A stretch of DNA of 51,981 nucleotides, from NCBI GenBank assembly GCA_964007735.1, contig CAXGAI010000032.1, positions 1 to 51,981 on the forward strand. Reading direction: 5' to 3'. Numbering within the stretch: position 1 is the stretch's first letter; every line of letters starts with the position of its first letter. This DNA is from an uncultured Rhodopirellula sp. GTDB lineage: Bacteria; Planctomycetota; Planctomycetia; Pirellulales; Pirellulaceae. Positions 28,421-37,720 of this stretch are shown here, in pieces. The notes beneath the pieces are model-generated. The model saw only the letters and a list, made by a program, of their open reading frames with translations, did not search any database and had not been told where the DNA came from. The position numbers were made by a program, and so were the translations under genes.

Positions 28421-29374
28421 ATGGCGGAAGTGGTAGTTTCGGAAGCGATATCAGGCCCGGCTATGGATTCGCTGAAGGCGGAATTTGACGTTCTGTCTAT
28501 CCCCAGCCTTTGGCAGGACGAAGATGCGTTAAGGTCTGCTATGAAGGATGCGAAGGCAATTATTGTTAGAAATCAAACCCAGGTTTCAGCAGCACTGATA
28601 GAGAGTTCCAGTCAATTGCAAGTTGTCGCCCGGGCTGGGGCGGGACTTGATAACGTTGATACTGCAGCAGCATCTCGGCGTGGTGTCGTGGTTACGTATG
28701 CACCTCGGGAGAATTCGCTCGCGGTCGCAGAATTAACGATGGGATTTTTACTGAATTTAGCAAGGGACATTCCCAGTGCTCATATTGACACACGTGCGGG
28801 CAATTGGAATCGTACTCATTTCGTGGGGACGGAATTGTCAGGTAAGATTCTAGGCTTAGTTGGCTTTGGACGGATCGGTCAACTGGTTGCCAAGCGAGCC
28901 GTTGCATTTGGTATGTCGATTGTTGCTTATGATAAATTTCTACCAAACGATGTTCCTCTTGTTGACCAGCTGGGAGTGAAAATGCTGGAATTTGAAGAGG
29001 TTTTGAAGCTGTCTGACTTTGTCTCATGCCATGTTCCGTTAGTCGCCGAGACTCATCACCTGTTTTCACACCACCAGTTCAGTCAGATGAAAGATAGTGC
29101 CTGCTTCCTGAATACATCACGAGGCGAAGTGGTGGACGAGCGGGCTCTGTATGAGGCATTGTCAATTGGAGGTCTCCGGGGTGCCGCGGTTGATGTTCGT
29201 GAAATCGAGCCGCCAGAGCCGGGCGGCTTAGCTGACTTAACGAACGTGATTGTTACCCCGCACATTGGAGCATTTTCACACGAAGCTCAAATGAGAGTTG
29301 TGGATGCGGTTTGCCATGACGTCCGATCTGTCCTTAGGGGGGAACAGCCCCGAAATCCATTCGTTAGTAAATGA
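28421..29374 (+). CDS. D-isomer specific 2-hydroxyacid dehydrogenase (phosphoglycerate dehydrogenase-like, no ACT domain)
   Basis: RAGAGLDNVD, GFGRIG, LNTSRGEVVDE, TPHIGA. Confidence 0.93.
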   Translation: MAEVVVSEAISGPAMDSLKAEFDVLSIPSLWQDEDALRSAMKDAKAIIVRNQTQVSAALIESSSQLQVVARAGAGLDNVDTAAASRRGVVVTYAPRENSLAVAELTMGFLLNLARDIPSAHIDTRAGNWNRTHFVGTELSGKILGLVGFGRIGQLVAKRAVAFGMSIVAYDKFLPNDVPLVDQLGVKMLEFEEVLKLSDFVSCHVPLVAETHHLFSHHQFSQMKDSACFLNTSRGEVVDERALYEALSIGGLRGAAVDVREIEPPEPGGLADLTNVIVTPHIGAFSHEAQMRVVDAVCHDVRSVLRGEQPRNPFVSK

Positions 29375-29478
29375 AAATTCGTTTGAGATGGCCTCCAACT
29401 GATTGTCGTGCCCGCCAGGCTCAATCAGTTTCTTGACGTGGATGGAATAGAAGTGCCCGCCGCCGTTCTCGTTGTTTT

Positions 29479-30621
29479 TTATGGATCGATCGTGAAGGTG
29501 ATTTGTTGAGCTTTAGAGTGATCTTCGGTTTCTTTATTCAGGTCCACTTCAAAAGGTCGTTCAATGCTGTTGCCGGCTAAGTCTTCGAGTCGAGGGTTGA
29601 TTTGAATGTCGTAGTCTCCGGCTACCCATGGTTTCTGTGGTGTAATACGAATGCCAAGACCGTTTTGGGAGACTTCTTGGCGGGACTCGAGTGGTACTTT
29701 GCTAAGGAATACATTAAGAGCGCGATTGTTCAGTAAGGCATAGTCTAGTGGCTCATGAAACCGGATCGTTAGCGGCTCAAGAGTATCCGCCGATGGAACA
29801 GCTAAATCCCATAATTCTGGATCCGGTTGAAAATGATCCGGTTGCCCGGCGACAAAATTGAGCTTTGTCTCTTTTCCAACGGCCGATCCGGCAAGCGAGC
29901 ACCAATGTGCATTGATGATCAATTGATATTCATGATCGGGCTCAAGGATTGGGCCAATTTCAACGTTTAAATTAACCCCTGTCTTTTGGCGGCCGGGGTG
30001 AAACCAAAGCGTCAGCCTGTCGCCTGTTCTGTTCCATAATTCTGTATGGCGAAATGGGCGTGGTACAAAGTGACCGGTTGTGATATCAAGTAACTTACAA
30101 TGCTCCCAGGGGTTGTCCTGCTGCATTGGCTCAGAAAAGCTAAGGTAGAACTTCAGATGATTGGCCGGCAGCATTCCATGCGACGGCGAAATGCTTAATA
30201 CAGGTACCCGTCCGTTCGTAGAATTCCAACGATAAGAAGAGGACTGGTTTGTAAGTAGATTAACAGCCTCGTAGTCCCGGTTGGGTAGCAGGGGAAATGA
30301 GGGAGTGAAGGAAACCAGTCCGTCCGTTCTGCGATAGATTCCATGCACGGGGAGAAGTTCATTCGACTTGGGGTCGCGTGTTGCCAGTAAAAGGAAATCA
30401 CTGTTGTTTTTGTGATCGGTTTCCGGGGGGACGATAACCGATATGACCGGACTCGATGCGTTTGACGCATCGATCGTCGGAACTTCGTTGGATTCCAGTC
30501 GTTGCTTAGCCGGCTTGGCGGACCCGGTATTTGTTTTCGGATCCTGGCAGCCGGGACACAAAGAGACAATCATCAATGCCAAAATAACATTGATGATTGT
30601 TTTGTTTGATAATTCTGTCAT
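29479..30621 (-). CDS. putative lipoprotein with Ig-like (Big_5/SbsA-like) domains
   Basis: Hydrophobic N-terminus ending SLCPGC; FSEPM, FHEPLD and LEDLAGN Ig-like motifs. Confidence 0.75.
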   Translation of the reverse strand: MTELSNKTIINVILALMIVSLCPGCQDPKTNTGSAKPAKQRLESNEVPTIDASNASSPVISVIVPPETDHKNNSDFLLLATRDPKSNELLPVHGIYRRTDGLVSFTPSFPLLPNRDYEAVNLLTNQSSSYRWNSTNGRVPVLSISPSHGMLPANHLKFYLSFSEPMQQDNPWEHCKLLDITTGHFVPRPFRHTELWNRTGDRLTLWFHPGRQKTGVNLNVEIGPILEPDHEYQLIINAHWCSLAGSAVGKETKLNFVAGQPDHFQPDPELWDLAVPSADTLEPLTIRFHEPLDYALLNNRALNVFLSKVPLESRQEVSQNGLGIRITPQKPWVAGDYDIQINPRLEDLAGNSIERPFEVDLNKETEDHSKAQQITFTIDP

Positions 30622-30633
30622 CGACTTGCCGGG

Positions 30634-31791
30634 TTACTCAGGAAGTTTGGAAATTTCCAAATCGAGCGCACCTTTGTTGTCACGAAGAATAACCATCTCA
30701 TCATTGTTTAGTTTCGCGACGTGTTTAGCGAAGAACAGTGCATCGACCACTTCGATACCATTAGGACCACTCTTTTCCGTGATCACTCGTCGTACGGCTT
30801 CTTCATTGATTTTGTCAGCCTGAAGGTATGACATGTCGACTCGAACACCCCAGTACTGGCTTGGCCCCAGAGGACGACGCTCGTGATGGAACCGGTCTGT
30901 ATTAGTAATCAACCATTTCTTCCCGTTCTTTTCATAGGTGAACATGTCCATGGGGCGGTTTCCACTACCAAGTTCCACGACAGAGGTTCCTTTGATGGGA
31001 GCATCTTTCTTGATGTCGCTAATTTTGAATTTTGCGATAGGAGTGCAGGCGAACGAGCCAACGATGTAGTCCTCCCCTTCTTCCTCATAGGGGATGAACG
31101 ATTGAATTGGTGCCCGGGTTTCCCAGCGTCCGTGAGCGACGTGATAGGTTTCTGTACTGTAGACTTCGCCTGACTTTCCATGAGTTAACGGGAGTGGGAG
31201 CGAGTAGATCTTACTGGAAAACTCTTCGTTGCTTTGGCCAGCAGCCAACACTCTCCCATTTGAGAATTCCACACCAGAAATGTTGCTGATGGTTTTCTGA
31301 TCGGCAACCGGTAGCGAAACCCTAACGTACCTGGCTTTTTTTAGATCGAGGGGGCTAAGCGTTCCCTTTTCATCGAAAATGATGATCGCGTTGAGGCCAT
31401 CTGCTTTGCGTTGTACTGAGACATAGATTTTACCGCTAGCAGGATTGACGGCCATATCGGCAATTCGGATCCCTTCTTTGTCGGTTCCCAGAGCGGCACC
31501 AATTTTCTTATCCACATCATTGACGCGTTCTTTTAGTTTCTTGACAGGCCCGGCGTCTCCGGTGTCAATCGCAACAATACTCGCAGACCCGATGTCCGCT
31601 ACGAGTAATACACCATTTGGCGCAAAACTCATTCGGCCAATACGAGAAATGTCAGTATCGCCTTCCTGGACGTTGGCCATTATCGCAACACTGTCTTTGG
31701 TGAGAGCATCGGCTGAGGGGGCTTGTAAAAAGTAAACAGTGACGGCGAGTAATGCCGTGAGGCATGACCCAAAAAATGTTAAGCGTTTCAT
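30634..31791 (-). CDS. secreted hypothetical protein, probable beta-propeller
   Basis: Signal peptide; blade-like motifs MSFAPNGVLLVAD and DMAVNPASGKIYVSV; ETYHVAHGRWET motif. Confidence 0.8.
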   Translation of the reverse strand: MKRLTFFGSCLTALLAVTVYFLQAPSADALTKDSVAIMANVQEGDTDISRIGRMSFAPNGVLLVADIGSASIVAIDTGDAGPVKKLKERVNDVDKKIGAALGTDKEGIRIADMAVNPASGKIYVSVQRKADGLNAIIIFDEKGTLSPLDLKKARYVRVSLPVADQKTISNISGVEFSNGRVLAAGQSNEEFSSKIYSLPLPLTHGKSGEVYSTETYHVAHGRWETRAPIQSFIPYEEEGEDYIVGSFACTPIAKFKISDIKKDAPIKGTSVVELGSGNRPMDMFTYEKNGKKWLITNTDRFHHERRPLGPSQYWGVRVDMSYLQADKINEEAVRRVITEKSGPNGIEVVDALFFAKHVAKLNNDEMVILRDNKGALDLEISKLPE

Positions 31792-31997
31792 GGAATGAAG
31801 TCTCCGGGCAATGTGTTATCCAACTTCTCTTAAGATACCGTTTCTGTGGAATGTATGCGAACGGTTGAGAAGTTAATTTTCAATGAGTTTAAGACCCTAC
31901 TCTTCATTACCAATGTTGAGGAACTTAGAATGACAGTCTAACCTTCAGGCAGGTAGCTGTCTGAACCCGCTCTGATAGAACCTTTCCAGGAAGTTGT

Positions 31998-33470
31998 TTG
32001 GTGATGACGAAGAGATTCCTTCTGTTAATATTCGTAGTTGTCTCCTGGCCATTGAGTCTGGAGGCACGTGCCCCACTCGATAAGCCCAATATTATCTTTA
32101 TCATGGCCGATGACTTAGGTTATGGAGATCTTGGCTGCTACGGACAGGAGAAAATCAAGACGCCGGTGCTCGACGAAATGGCACGCGAAGGTATACAGTT
32201 TCGCAGTTTTTATGCCGGGTGCACCGTTTGTGCATCGTCTCGGTCTGTTCTTATGACCGGGCAGCATATGGGACACACGTGGGTGAGAGGTAACGCCGGT
32301 ACGGATATGTCGGTTCAAACTTTACGTTCGCATGATGTCACTGTCGCGGAACGGCTAAAAACAGCAGGGTATAGCACAGCCTTGTGTGGTAAATGGGGGC
32401 TGGGGGATTCGGTTCCCGGAAATACAGGTCTGCCCAATGATCAGGGGTTCGATTTTTTCTATGGCTATCTCAATCAGGTGCATGCGCATAACTACTACCC
32501 TGAATTTCTATGGCGAAATAAGGAGAAGGAAATCCTGCGTAATGTCGTTCAGGGAGTTGGTCGTTCCTACGGTGGGTTCGAAGGTGGTTGGGCGACAAAA
32601 CGCATTGACTATAGTCACGACTTAGTTGTCGAAGAAGCGGTTCAGTTTATTAAACGCAGTTATGAAACGCCGTTCTTTCTTTACCTGGCGCTTACGATTC
32701 CTCATGCCAATAATGAAGGCACCCGAGGAACGGGCGATGGGCAGGAAGTTCCTGATTATGGAATTTATAAGAATAGGGACTGGAAGAAACAGGACAAAGG
32801 ACAAGCTGCGATGATTACTCGGATGGACGGCGATATTGGACGTCTTAACACGCTGCTAAAGAAGCTGGGAATTGCAGAGAACACGATTGTGATGTTTACC
32901 AGTGATAATGGCCATCATAACGAAGGTGGCCATAACACGGAGATATTTGATCCCAACGGTCCTCTGCGCGGAATGAAACGCGATTTGTACGAAGGGGGTA
33001 TTCGAGTACCGCTTATCGCTCACTGGCCGGGGACAGCTCCCGTTGGAGTCGTTTCAGATCATATCGGGTATTTTGGTGATTTAATGGCAACGGCCTGTGA
33101 ATTAGCCGGTGTTGAGGTTCCGCAAGAAACTGACTCGGTCAGCCTGGTTCCCGTTTTAACGGATCGGATGGAAACTCAGCAGCAACATAAGTTTCTGTAT
33201 TGGGAGTTTTATGAGCAAGGCAGTAAACAGGCAGTTCGTGAAGGGGATTGGAAAGCGGTGCGGATGCCTATGCATACGGGTGCGATTGAGTTGTATGACT
33301 TAAGTAGCGATCTAGGTGAGTCCAGAAATGTTGCAGCTCAACATCCTGAAGTGGTAAAACGAATGGCTGAATATATGAAGCAGTCCCATGTCCCAAACAA
33401 AAATTGGGAACCTCGTGGAACCGTTCGTAAAAATCAGCCCGTCCCGGGTGACGGGAGATCACGGTTTTAA
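31998..33470 (+). CDS. secreted arylsulfatase-like sulfatase (family S1) with atypical CASSR motif
   Basis: [40 protein letters not shown]; true start may be 32001 or 32004. Confidence 0.93.
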   Translation: MVMTKRFLLLIFVVVSWPLSLEARAPLDKPNIIFIMADDLGYGDLGCYGQEKIKTPVLDEMAREGIQFRSFYAGCTVCASSRSVLMTGQHMGHTWVRGNAGTDMSVQTLRSHDVTVAERLKTAGYSTALCGKWGLGDSVPGNTGLPNDQGFDFFYGYLNQVHAHNYYPEFLWRNKEKEILRNVVQGVGRSYGGFEGGWATKRIDYSHDLVVEEAVQFIKRSYETPFFLYLALTIPHANNEGTRGTGDGQEVPDYGIYKNRDWKKQDKGQAAMITRMDGDIGRLNTLLKKLGIAENTIVMFTSDNGHHNEGGHNTEIFDPNGPLRGMKRDLYEGGIRVPLIAHWPGTAPVGVVSDHIGYFGDLMATACELAGVEVPQETDSVSLVPVLTDRMETQQQHKFLYWEFYEQGSKQAVREGDWKAVRMPMHTGAIELYDLSSDLGESRNVAAQHPEVVKRMAEYMKQSHVPNKNWEPRGTVRKNQPVPGDGRSRF

Positions 33471-33531
33471 ACTTCCCCCCCTTGCCATCATTTAGACACC
33501 TTTATCGACAACCATCGTCAGAGTAAGCCAA

Positions 33532-34788
33532 ATGAAAATCAAATCATTGCTGTTCGCCCTTTTACTAGTCAATACTGCTGTAGCTCAGGACCGTTTCCCT
33601 CAGTTGGGAGAGAATGACTGGGGCTGGTGGCGAGGCCCGTTACATAATGGTGTGGCTCCGGCCAATACTCTGCCTCCGGTGATGTGGGACGATGCAACCA
33701 ACGTAAAATGGAAGTCAGAGATTCCTGGGCGTGGACATTCCAGTCCGATTGTCGTTGGTGATCGGGTTTATTTGACTTCGGCAGATGAAACCAAACTGAC
33801 TCAACATGTCTTTTGTTATTCCCGCTCGGATGGAAAACTGGTTTGGAATACCTTGATGCATCAAGGTGATTTTGATCACAACAATAAAAAGAACTCGTTT
33901 GCTTCGGGAAGCGTAAGTTGTGATGGCGACAAATTGTATGTGAGTTTCTTTCGGGACTTGAAAGTGATTACATCGGCGCTCGATCTCGAGGGTAAAAGGA
34001 TTTGGGAACATACTTTTGAGGGTTTTAGATCCCATCAGGGGTTTGGTTGCTCCCCCCTTCTCTACAAGGACATGGCGATCATTGCCATTGATAATAAAGG
34101 AGCAGGAGGTGGGGCTCTCATTGCGTTGGCTCGTGAAACAGGGGAAGAGATATGGCGAACCGGCCGTCCTCAGTTACCGAACTACGTGTCTCCTGTGATT
34201 TACAATATCAACGGCAAAGATCAGATTTTTATGGCGGGCTGTAACCTGATTGCTAGTTATGATCCGATGACAGGAAAGGTGAACTGGCAAAAGGAGGGGA
34301 CAACCGAAGAAGTGGTAGGCAATGTAGCCACAGATGGTGAATATATCTTCAGCAGTGGCGGATATCCCAAACGTGAGACGTGGTGCTGGAAGGCGGATGG
34401 TAGCGGTGATTTGGTTTGGAAAAATACTGTCCGAACTTATGTTCCTTCAATGCTGGTGCTGAAAACTCATTTGTTTACCGTGACGGATGATAGCATCGGA
34501 TATATGTGGAATAAAAAGACGGGTGAAGAGATTTGGAAGCAGCGACTATCCGGAGGATTTTCAGCCAGTCCAATTCTGGCTAATGGGCATATTTATGTTA
34601 GTAGTGAAACAGGCACGACCTGGGTCTTCAAACCCAAGGACGATGGGGTCGAATTGATCTCTAAGAATCAACTGGGAACGGGGCATATGGCTACCCCGGC
34701 TTTTAGCGGTAGGCAAGTATTTCTGCGAGCCATAGATGAATCAGGTGCTGTTCGAAAAGAATGGCTCGTTTGTATTGAAGCCGAATAA
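33532..34788 (+). CDS. PQQ-binding-like beta-propeller repeat protein (BamB-like family expanded in planctomycetes)
   Basis: Signal peptide, DWGWWRGP, GHSSPIV, repeated G..(I/V)W motifs, SASPI, MATPA. Confidence 0.9.
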   Translation: MKIKSLLFALLLVNTAVAQDRFPQLGENDWGWWRGPLHNGVAPANTLPPVMWDDATNVKWKSEIPGRGHSSPIVVGDRVYLTSADETKLTQHVFCYSRSDGKLVWNTLMHQGDFDHNNKKNSFASGSVSCDGDKLYVSFFRDLKVITSALDLEGKRIWEHTFEGFRSHQGFGCSPLLYKDMAIIAIDNKGAGGGALIALARETGEEIWRTGRPQLPNYVSPVIYNINGKDQIFMAGCNLIASYDPMTGKVNWQKEGTTEEVVGNVATDGEYIFSSGGYPKRETWCWKADGSGDLVWKNTVRTYVPSMLVLKTHLFTVTDDSIGYMWNKKTGEEIWKQRLSGGFSASPILANGHIYVSSETGTTWVFKPKDDGVELISKNQLGTGHMATPAFSGRQVFLRAIDESGAVRKEWLVCIEAE

Positions 34789-34812
34789 GACCGAGCATTT
34801 AATCGAGTGTTC

Positions 34813-36261
34813 TTACGACTGCGGTGGTACCGGCCAGTGAGTTCCGCGTTGTAGGGATAGGTTTCTGTCGGGCCACTCGGTGGATGGATTGGGCAGACCC
34901 TGCAGTCGGCCATTTGCTACCAAATCTGTATCGGCCCCGTAAAATTCACTCAAAAGTGTTTCCGTAAGAGTGGCGCGAATCATCTGGTGCTCTGACGATT
35001 CGATCAGGTCAGTTAATTCGAGCGGGTCTGTTTCCAGATCAAATAACTGTAGACGATTCCCGGCGGCGTAATAGATTAGTTTGAATCGGCCGTTATGAAT
35101 CATGCGGGTTGTTTCCAAACCTTCACCGTATTCTCCATAGAGGTGTTTGCGAGTGTTATCCGTAATCATTGAACGACCGTCGACACTTTCTGGGATGTCG
35201 AGGTTACACAGGTCGAGGAGCGTAGGCATGCAGTCCTGTAAACCTACAAGACGATCGTCGGTGCTGTTGGGCTTTATACGTTGATCGCCTTTTGTACCAA
35301 CTAGCAGCATAGGTACACACGCCGAATCTTCGTAAAACATGCGTTTGGCAAACAGTCCATGATTGCCAAGCATGTCCCCGTGATCTGCCAGAAACATAAT
35401 GATTGTATTGTCCAGGAGTCCTGCTTCTCGGATCGTGCCGAGTACTACCCGGATCTGATGATCAATATGTGTGCAAAGGGCATAGAAAGCCCGCCGCGCA
35501 AACTCAATCTGCTTATCGGTCATCTGGTCCGTTTGTATCAATCGATTGTTCATCCAGCAGGGCATGGTATCCCTACTGGTTTCCCATGTACCGTGATACG
35601 GTGCTGGGATTTCGGTGTCCCGATAGAATTCGAGGTACCATTGAGGCGGTACGAGCGGAGGGTGGGGGTGAGTGTACGAGCAGTACCAGAGTGAAGGACG
35701 AGTAGGATCGCGGCGTTGAATGAACCGACACATTTCTCGCGTGATCCAATTAGTAGCGTGATGTTCCTCTTTTAGATGCCATGGACGACTGACATAATCG
35801 TTGTTACTCATTCCGTGTAGGAATTGCCTGCCGGTTTCACCGACTTCTCCGAGGTAAATTTCATAATCGTCGGTTGGCCCTAGTTGAGGTCGACCTTCTT
35901 CGCAGAGTTGTACGTCGTCAAATCCGGCCCGTGCACGTGGGGGATAGACATGCAGTTTTCCAGACGCATAGGTTTGGTACCCATTGGAGCGGAAAACATC
36001 AGCTATGGTAGAGACTTCAGGCATTTCACGTTCAACCTGAAACGTACGGTCACCATGGCTTCGCGGTGATGTGCCTGTTAATAGGGTTCGACGTGCAGGG
36101 ATGCAAACAGGACATTCGGTATAAGCATTCGTAAATCGAATGCCATTGCGTGCAAGATTGTCCAGCGTAGGGGTTTCAATAGCAGGATGCCCTGCCGCGC
36201 CTAGTAGTGAAGCGGGCCAGTGATCTGCGGTAAGTAGCAGGACGTTGGGTTGGTTAGACAT
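34813..36261 (-). CDS. sulfatase (family S1) without signal peptide
   Basis: PNVLLLTADH, CIPARRTLLTG, GKLH, PHPP, ADHGDMLG. Confidence 0.93.
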   Translation of the reverse strand: MSNQPNVLLLTADHWPASLLGAAGHPAIETPTLDNLARNGIRFTNAYTECPVCIPARRTLLTGTSPRSHGDRTFQVEREMPEVSTIADVFRSNGYQTYASGKLHVYPPRARAGFDDVQLCEEGRPQLGPTDDYEIYLGEVGETGRQFLHGMSNNDYVSRPWHLKEEHHATNWITREMCRFIQRRDPTRPSLWYCSYTHPHPPLVPPQWYLEFYRDTEIPAPYHGTWETSRDTMPCWMNNRLIQTDQMTDKQIEFARRAFYALCTHIDHQIRVVLGTIREAGLLDNTIIMFLADHGDMLGNHGLFAKRMFYEDSACVPMLLVGTKGDQRIKPNSTDDRLVGLQDCMPTLLDLCNLDIPESVDGRSMITDNTRKHLYGEYGEGLETTRMIHNGRFKLIYYAAGNRLQLFDLETDPLELTDLIESSEHQMIRATLTETLLSEFYGADTDLVANGRLQGLPNPSTEWPDRNLSLQRGTHWPVPPQS

Positions 36262-36275
36262 GATGTTGATAGATC

Positions 36276-37712
36276 TTATGTGAGAATCGGCTTGACTACT
36301 TGACCGTGGACATCGGTTAATCGAAATTCGCGTCCTTGGAATTTGTAGGTCAGACGTTCGTGATCAATCCCCAAAAGGTGCAGGATTGTCGCTTGCAGGT
36401 CATGGACATGAACCCCGTTCTCCGCGACGTTATAACCGAATTCATCAGATTCGCCGTAGGTCGTACCTCCCTTGATTCCACCGCCGGCCATCCAAAGACT
36501 GAAGCAATAGGGGTGATGGTCACGGCCATGTTGTTTCTGGTTGTTCATGTCACCTTGAGCAAATGGAGTTCTCCCGAACTCGCCGCCCCAAATAACCAGC
36601 GTCTCGTCAAGTAAGCCGCGCTGTTTGAGATCTTTAACTAGGGCTGCCGCTGGTTGATCTGTGTCACGAGCTTGTACTGCTAATTGCGTAGGAAGGTTGT
36701 TGTGTTGGTCCCAGCCAGCATGCATCAGTTGAATAAAACGAACACCTTTCTCTGCCAATCGTCTCGCAAGTAAACAGTTTTGCGAGAAGGTCCCTCGTTC
36801 CATTACATCTGGCCCGTACATGTCCAGAATATGCTGGGGTTCGGTGGTAATGTCGGCCAGTTCAGGTACGGATGCCTGCATGCGGTAAGCCATTTCATAT
36901 TGAGAAATACGTGTGAGGATTTCAGGGTCGCCAACCTCCAGTTGCCTTAAGTGATTGAGTTGCGAGAGTTGGTCTAGCAGATCTTTCCGGAGTCCACGAT
37001 CGATACCTTTGGGATTGGAGAGGTACAAAACGGGGTCTCCCACGCCACGGAATTTAACACCCTGGTGATGAGTCGGCAGGAAACCCGCTCCCCAGTACCA
37101 TTCATAAAAAATTTGGCCACAGGATGCTTCACGGTCTCTGCTGGTCATTGCACAAAACGTCGGTAAATCCTCGTTACCACTTCCCAGGCCATAAGAAAGC
37201 CAGGCACCCATACTGGGACGACCTGGCATTTCGGATCCAGTAAGCAGGAAGGTGATAGCTGGTGCATGGTTAATAGCCTCCGAATACATCGACCTTACGA
37301 GACATAAGTCATCGGCAATTGATCCCATATGCGGCACTAATTCGCTCATGTAAGTTCCGCTTTCCCCGTAGGGCCGGAATTTCCAGGGCGTCGGTAATAC
37401 CTTGCGGGCTTTTCCCTGAGTCATCGTTGTTAAACGCTGGCCTTGTTGAACTGAGTCTGGCAGGTCGGTTCCACGATACTTATTCATGCTCGGCTTGTAG
37501 TCGAATAAGTCTAGATGCGTGGGCGCTCCGTTTTGAAATAGGTAGATAACCCGTTTGGCTTTGGGGGCAAAGTGGGAAATGCCAGGGATTTCAGCAGCCG
37601 GGGAATCTTCGTTTAATAGAGTCGCCAAAGCAGCGGAACCAATACCGATACTCGTCTTGCCAAAAAAATGACGTCTGGTAATTGCCTGATTATGTTTGTC
37701 AGTAGGATGCAT
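36276..37712 (-). CDS. DUF1501 domain protein (Tat-type signal)
   Basis: TRRHFF, KAKRVIYLFQNGAP, GWDQH, GEFGRTP, GRDHHP, RLTDVHG. Confidence 0.94.
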   Translation of the reverse strand: MHPTDKHNQAITRRHFFGKTSIGIGSAALATLLNEDSPAAEIPGISHFAPKAKRVIYLFQNGAPTHLDLFDYKPSMNKYRGTDLPDSVQQGQRLTTMTQGKARKVLPTPWKFRPYGESGTYMSELVPHMGSIADDLCLVRSMYSEAINHAPAITFLLTGSEMPGRPSMGAWLSYGLGSGNEDLPTFCAMTSRDREASCGQIFYEWYWGAGFLPTHHQGVKFRGVGDPVLYLSNPKGIDRGLRKDLLDQLSQLNHLRQLEVGDPEILTRISQYEMAYRMQASVPELADITTEPQHILDMYGPDVMERGTFSQNCLLARRLAEKGVRFIQLMHAGWDQHNNLPTQLAVQARDTDQPAAALVKDLKQRGLLDETLVIWGGEFGRTPFAQGDMNNQKQHGRDHHPYCFSLWMAGGGIKGGTTYGESDEFGYNVAENGVHVHDLQATILHLLGIDHERLTYKFQGREFRLTDVHGQVVKPILT

Positions 37713-37720
37713 GACGTTGG

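Noticed and set aside
28421..29374. Gene symbol serA
   Set aside because: Lacks the regulatory C-terminal domains and is coupled to a Gfo/Idh/MocA gene; substrate cannot be assigned.
33532..34788. Gene symbol bamB
   Set aside because: No lipobox or bam context; belongs to a large paralogous planctomycete propeller family.
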